Of a stretch of DNA of 64,000 nt, positions 62,487 to 64,000 are shown in pieces. Within the stretch, counting starts at the first letter, position 1. Every line of letters begins with the position of its first letter. This stretch comes from an uncultured Candidatus Binatia bacterium. GTDB lineage: Bacteria > Desulfobacterota > Binatia > UBA9968 > JAJDTQ01. The DNA lies in the NCBI GenBank assembly GCA_964291295.2, contig OZ219754.1, positions 2,496,001-2,560,000 of the forward strand, read 5' to 3'. The position numbers and the translations under genes were made by a program. The notes beneath the pieces were generated by a model that saw nothing but the letters and a program-made list of their open reading frames with translations, made no database searches and was not told the origin of the DNA.

Positions 62487-64000
62487 GTCCGGGCCTCCTG
62501 AATCAATTGCCATACCCGTTCGGGTGTCAGCGGCAGTTGCCGGATCCTGACTCCGAAGGGCTCCAGGGCATTCTCCACCGCGCTGGCGATGGCGGCGGGG
62601 GAGGGGATGGCGGCCCCTTCGCCCGCGGCCTTCTGGCCCAGCGGCGTGAACGCCGACGGCGCGGGGCGGTGCTCCACCTCGATGGCGGGAGTCTCGGCGG
62701 TGGAGCACTTGCCGTAGTCCGTGAGCGTGATGGTGAGGAGTTGGCCCTCGTCGTCGTAGATGAAGCCCTCGCCCAGGGCCACGGCGATGCCGTGGGCCGC
62801 GGAGCCGTAGATCTGCCCGTCCACGACATGGGGATTGATGATGGTGCCGTTGTCGCCCACGATGAGATAACGCAGTACCTCGACCTTGCCCGTGCGCGGG
62901 TCCACTTCCACCAGCGCCACGTGGGCGCCGGCGCCGAACGTGAACTGGGCCCGGACCCTGCGGTCGCTGCCCGGCGTCAGATTGGGTCGGGCGTGGGGAA
63001 AGGTGTAATAGAAGGTGGTCTGAAGCCCGGCGTCGATACCCTCGGGCAGGAGCGACTGGTTGTTGTAGGCCACCTTGCCGAGTTCGGCGAAGGTGAGCCT
63101 GCGCCGCGGATAACCCGGTACGGTGACCACGCCGTCGGCGATCTCCAGGTCCGACGGCTCGGCGTCGAGGATGTGGCCGGCCACCTTGAGGAGCTTCTCC
63201 CGGAGTTGCGTTGCCGCGCCGATGATGGAACCGATGTCGTAGAGGTGGAAGTTGTTGCCGCTGTTGGCCGCGGCCACGCCCCAGGGCGCCACATCGCTGT
63301 CGAAGGGGGTGGTGGTGCTGATGACGTCGGGGCTCACGCCAAGAATGCCCGCGGCCACCTGGGCGGTGGTGGTCTCGTGGGCCTGTCCACAGTTGGGGGA
63401 GCCCAGGTAGAGGGCGATGGTGCCGTTCTTCTCCAGCTTGATGGTGGCGCCGTTGATGCCGCCGGCTCCCGGCGTTTCCTTCATCTCGGGAAAGATCGCC
63501 ATGTCCCGGGCGGCGTTGCGGCCTCCCGGCTCCACCCCGATGACCACTCCGATGCCCAGATAGCGGCCCTTCCCGCGCTCCCGCGCCTGCTCTTCCTTGA
63601 ACCCCTGGTAGTCGGCCCGCTCCAACGCGCGTTGCAGCAGGCCGGGATAGTCGCCGCTGTCGTAGACATTGCCGTTGGGGGTAGTGTAGGGCATCTGCTC
63701 GGGCTGCACCAGGTTCCTGAAGCGAACCTCCGAGGGGTCCATGTCCAGCTCCTGGGCCACCCGGTCGATGATGCGCTCCCAGATGTAGCACATGCCCGGC
63801 TTGCCGATGCCGCGGTTGGGGATCACCGGGCAGCGGTTGGTGACCACCGAGTAGCCGTCCGCTCGTATGTTCTGCACCCGGTAGGTGTTGCTGAGGTTGT
63901 TGAGCTTGTTGGTGAAGTGGATGGTGAGGGTGCTCACCGAGCCGCCCACGTCGTCGATCTCCCTGAAGCGCAGGCCGGTTACCGTGCCGTCGTTCTTCAC
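62483..64000 (-). CDS. Molybdopterin-binding large subunit (CoxL/XdhA family), cut by window end
   Basis: YDSGDYP, GQAHETT, INPHVVDGQIYG, GQKAAGEG. Confidence 0.93.
   Translation of the reverse strand: MKNDGTVTGLRFREIDDVGGSVSTLTIHFTNKLNNLSNTYRVQNIRADGYSVVTNRCPVIPNRGIGKPGMCYIWERIIDRVAQELDMDPSEVRFRNLVQPEQMPYTTPNGNVYDSGDYPGLLQRALERADYQGFKEEQARERGKGRYLGIGVVIGVEPGGRNAARDMAIFPEMKETPGAGGINGATIKLEKNGTIALYLGSPNCGQAHETTTAQVAAGILGVSPDVISTTTPFDSDVAPWGVAAANSGNNFHLYDIGSIIGAATQLREKLLKVAGHILDAEPSDLEIADGVVTVPGYPRRRLTFAELGKVAYNNQSLLPEGIDAGLQTTFYYTFPHARPNLTPGSDRRVRAQFTFGAGAHVALVEVDPRTGKVEVLRYLIVGDNGTIINPHVVDGQIYGSAAHGIAVALGEGFIYDDEGQLLTITLTDYGKCSTAETPAIEVEHRPAPSAFTPLGQKAAGEGAAIPSPAAIASAVENALEPFGVRIRQLPLTPERVWQLIQEART

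Overview
High-GC bacterial chromosome segment. The gene content resembles Deltaproteobacteria/Binatota-like heterotrophs, but this is inference only. Positions 1-35 kb hold housekeeping genes (nrdJ end, pgpA, rpoH-like sigma, trmL, dtd, tRNA-Ser(GGA), trmI), a coxG/M/S cluster, an ABC exporter, a long run of catabolic enzymes and a MoxR/VWA pair. Positions ~35.2-48.5 kb form a visibly less GC-rich, partly decayed defence island. It contains an AAA-DUF4143 pseudogene, IS remnants, a solitary type I-G CRISPR-repeat-like unit, a type I-G (I-U) cas3-cas8-cas7-csb2 operon with no cas1/2/4 or array, and a convergent PaeR7I/XhoI-type restriction-modification pair. The right part holds a probable selenocysteine-containing Bcp peroxiredoxin, tadA, a second copy of the IS, a poly-G promoter upstream of a TbpB-like lipoprotein with a broken Slam exporter, nirK and a molybdo-hydroxylase pair. 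The main leads are the orphan repeat (candidate regulatory crRNA), an IS whose two copies both end 5 bp upstream of a TTGAC -35 box, the phase-variable promoter, the Sec-Bcp and a candidate attenuator leader. All calls come from reading the sequence by eye; no searches were run.
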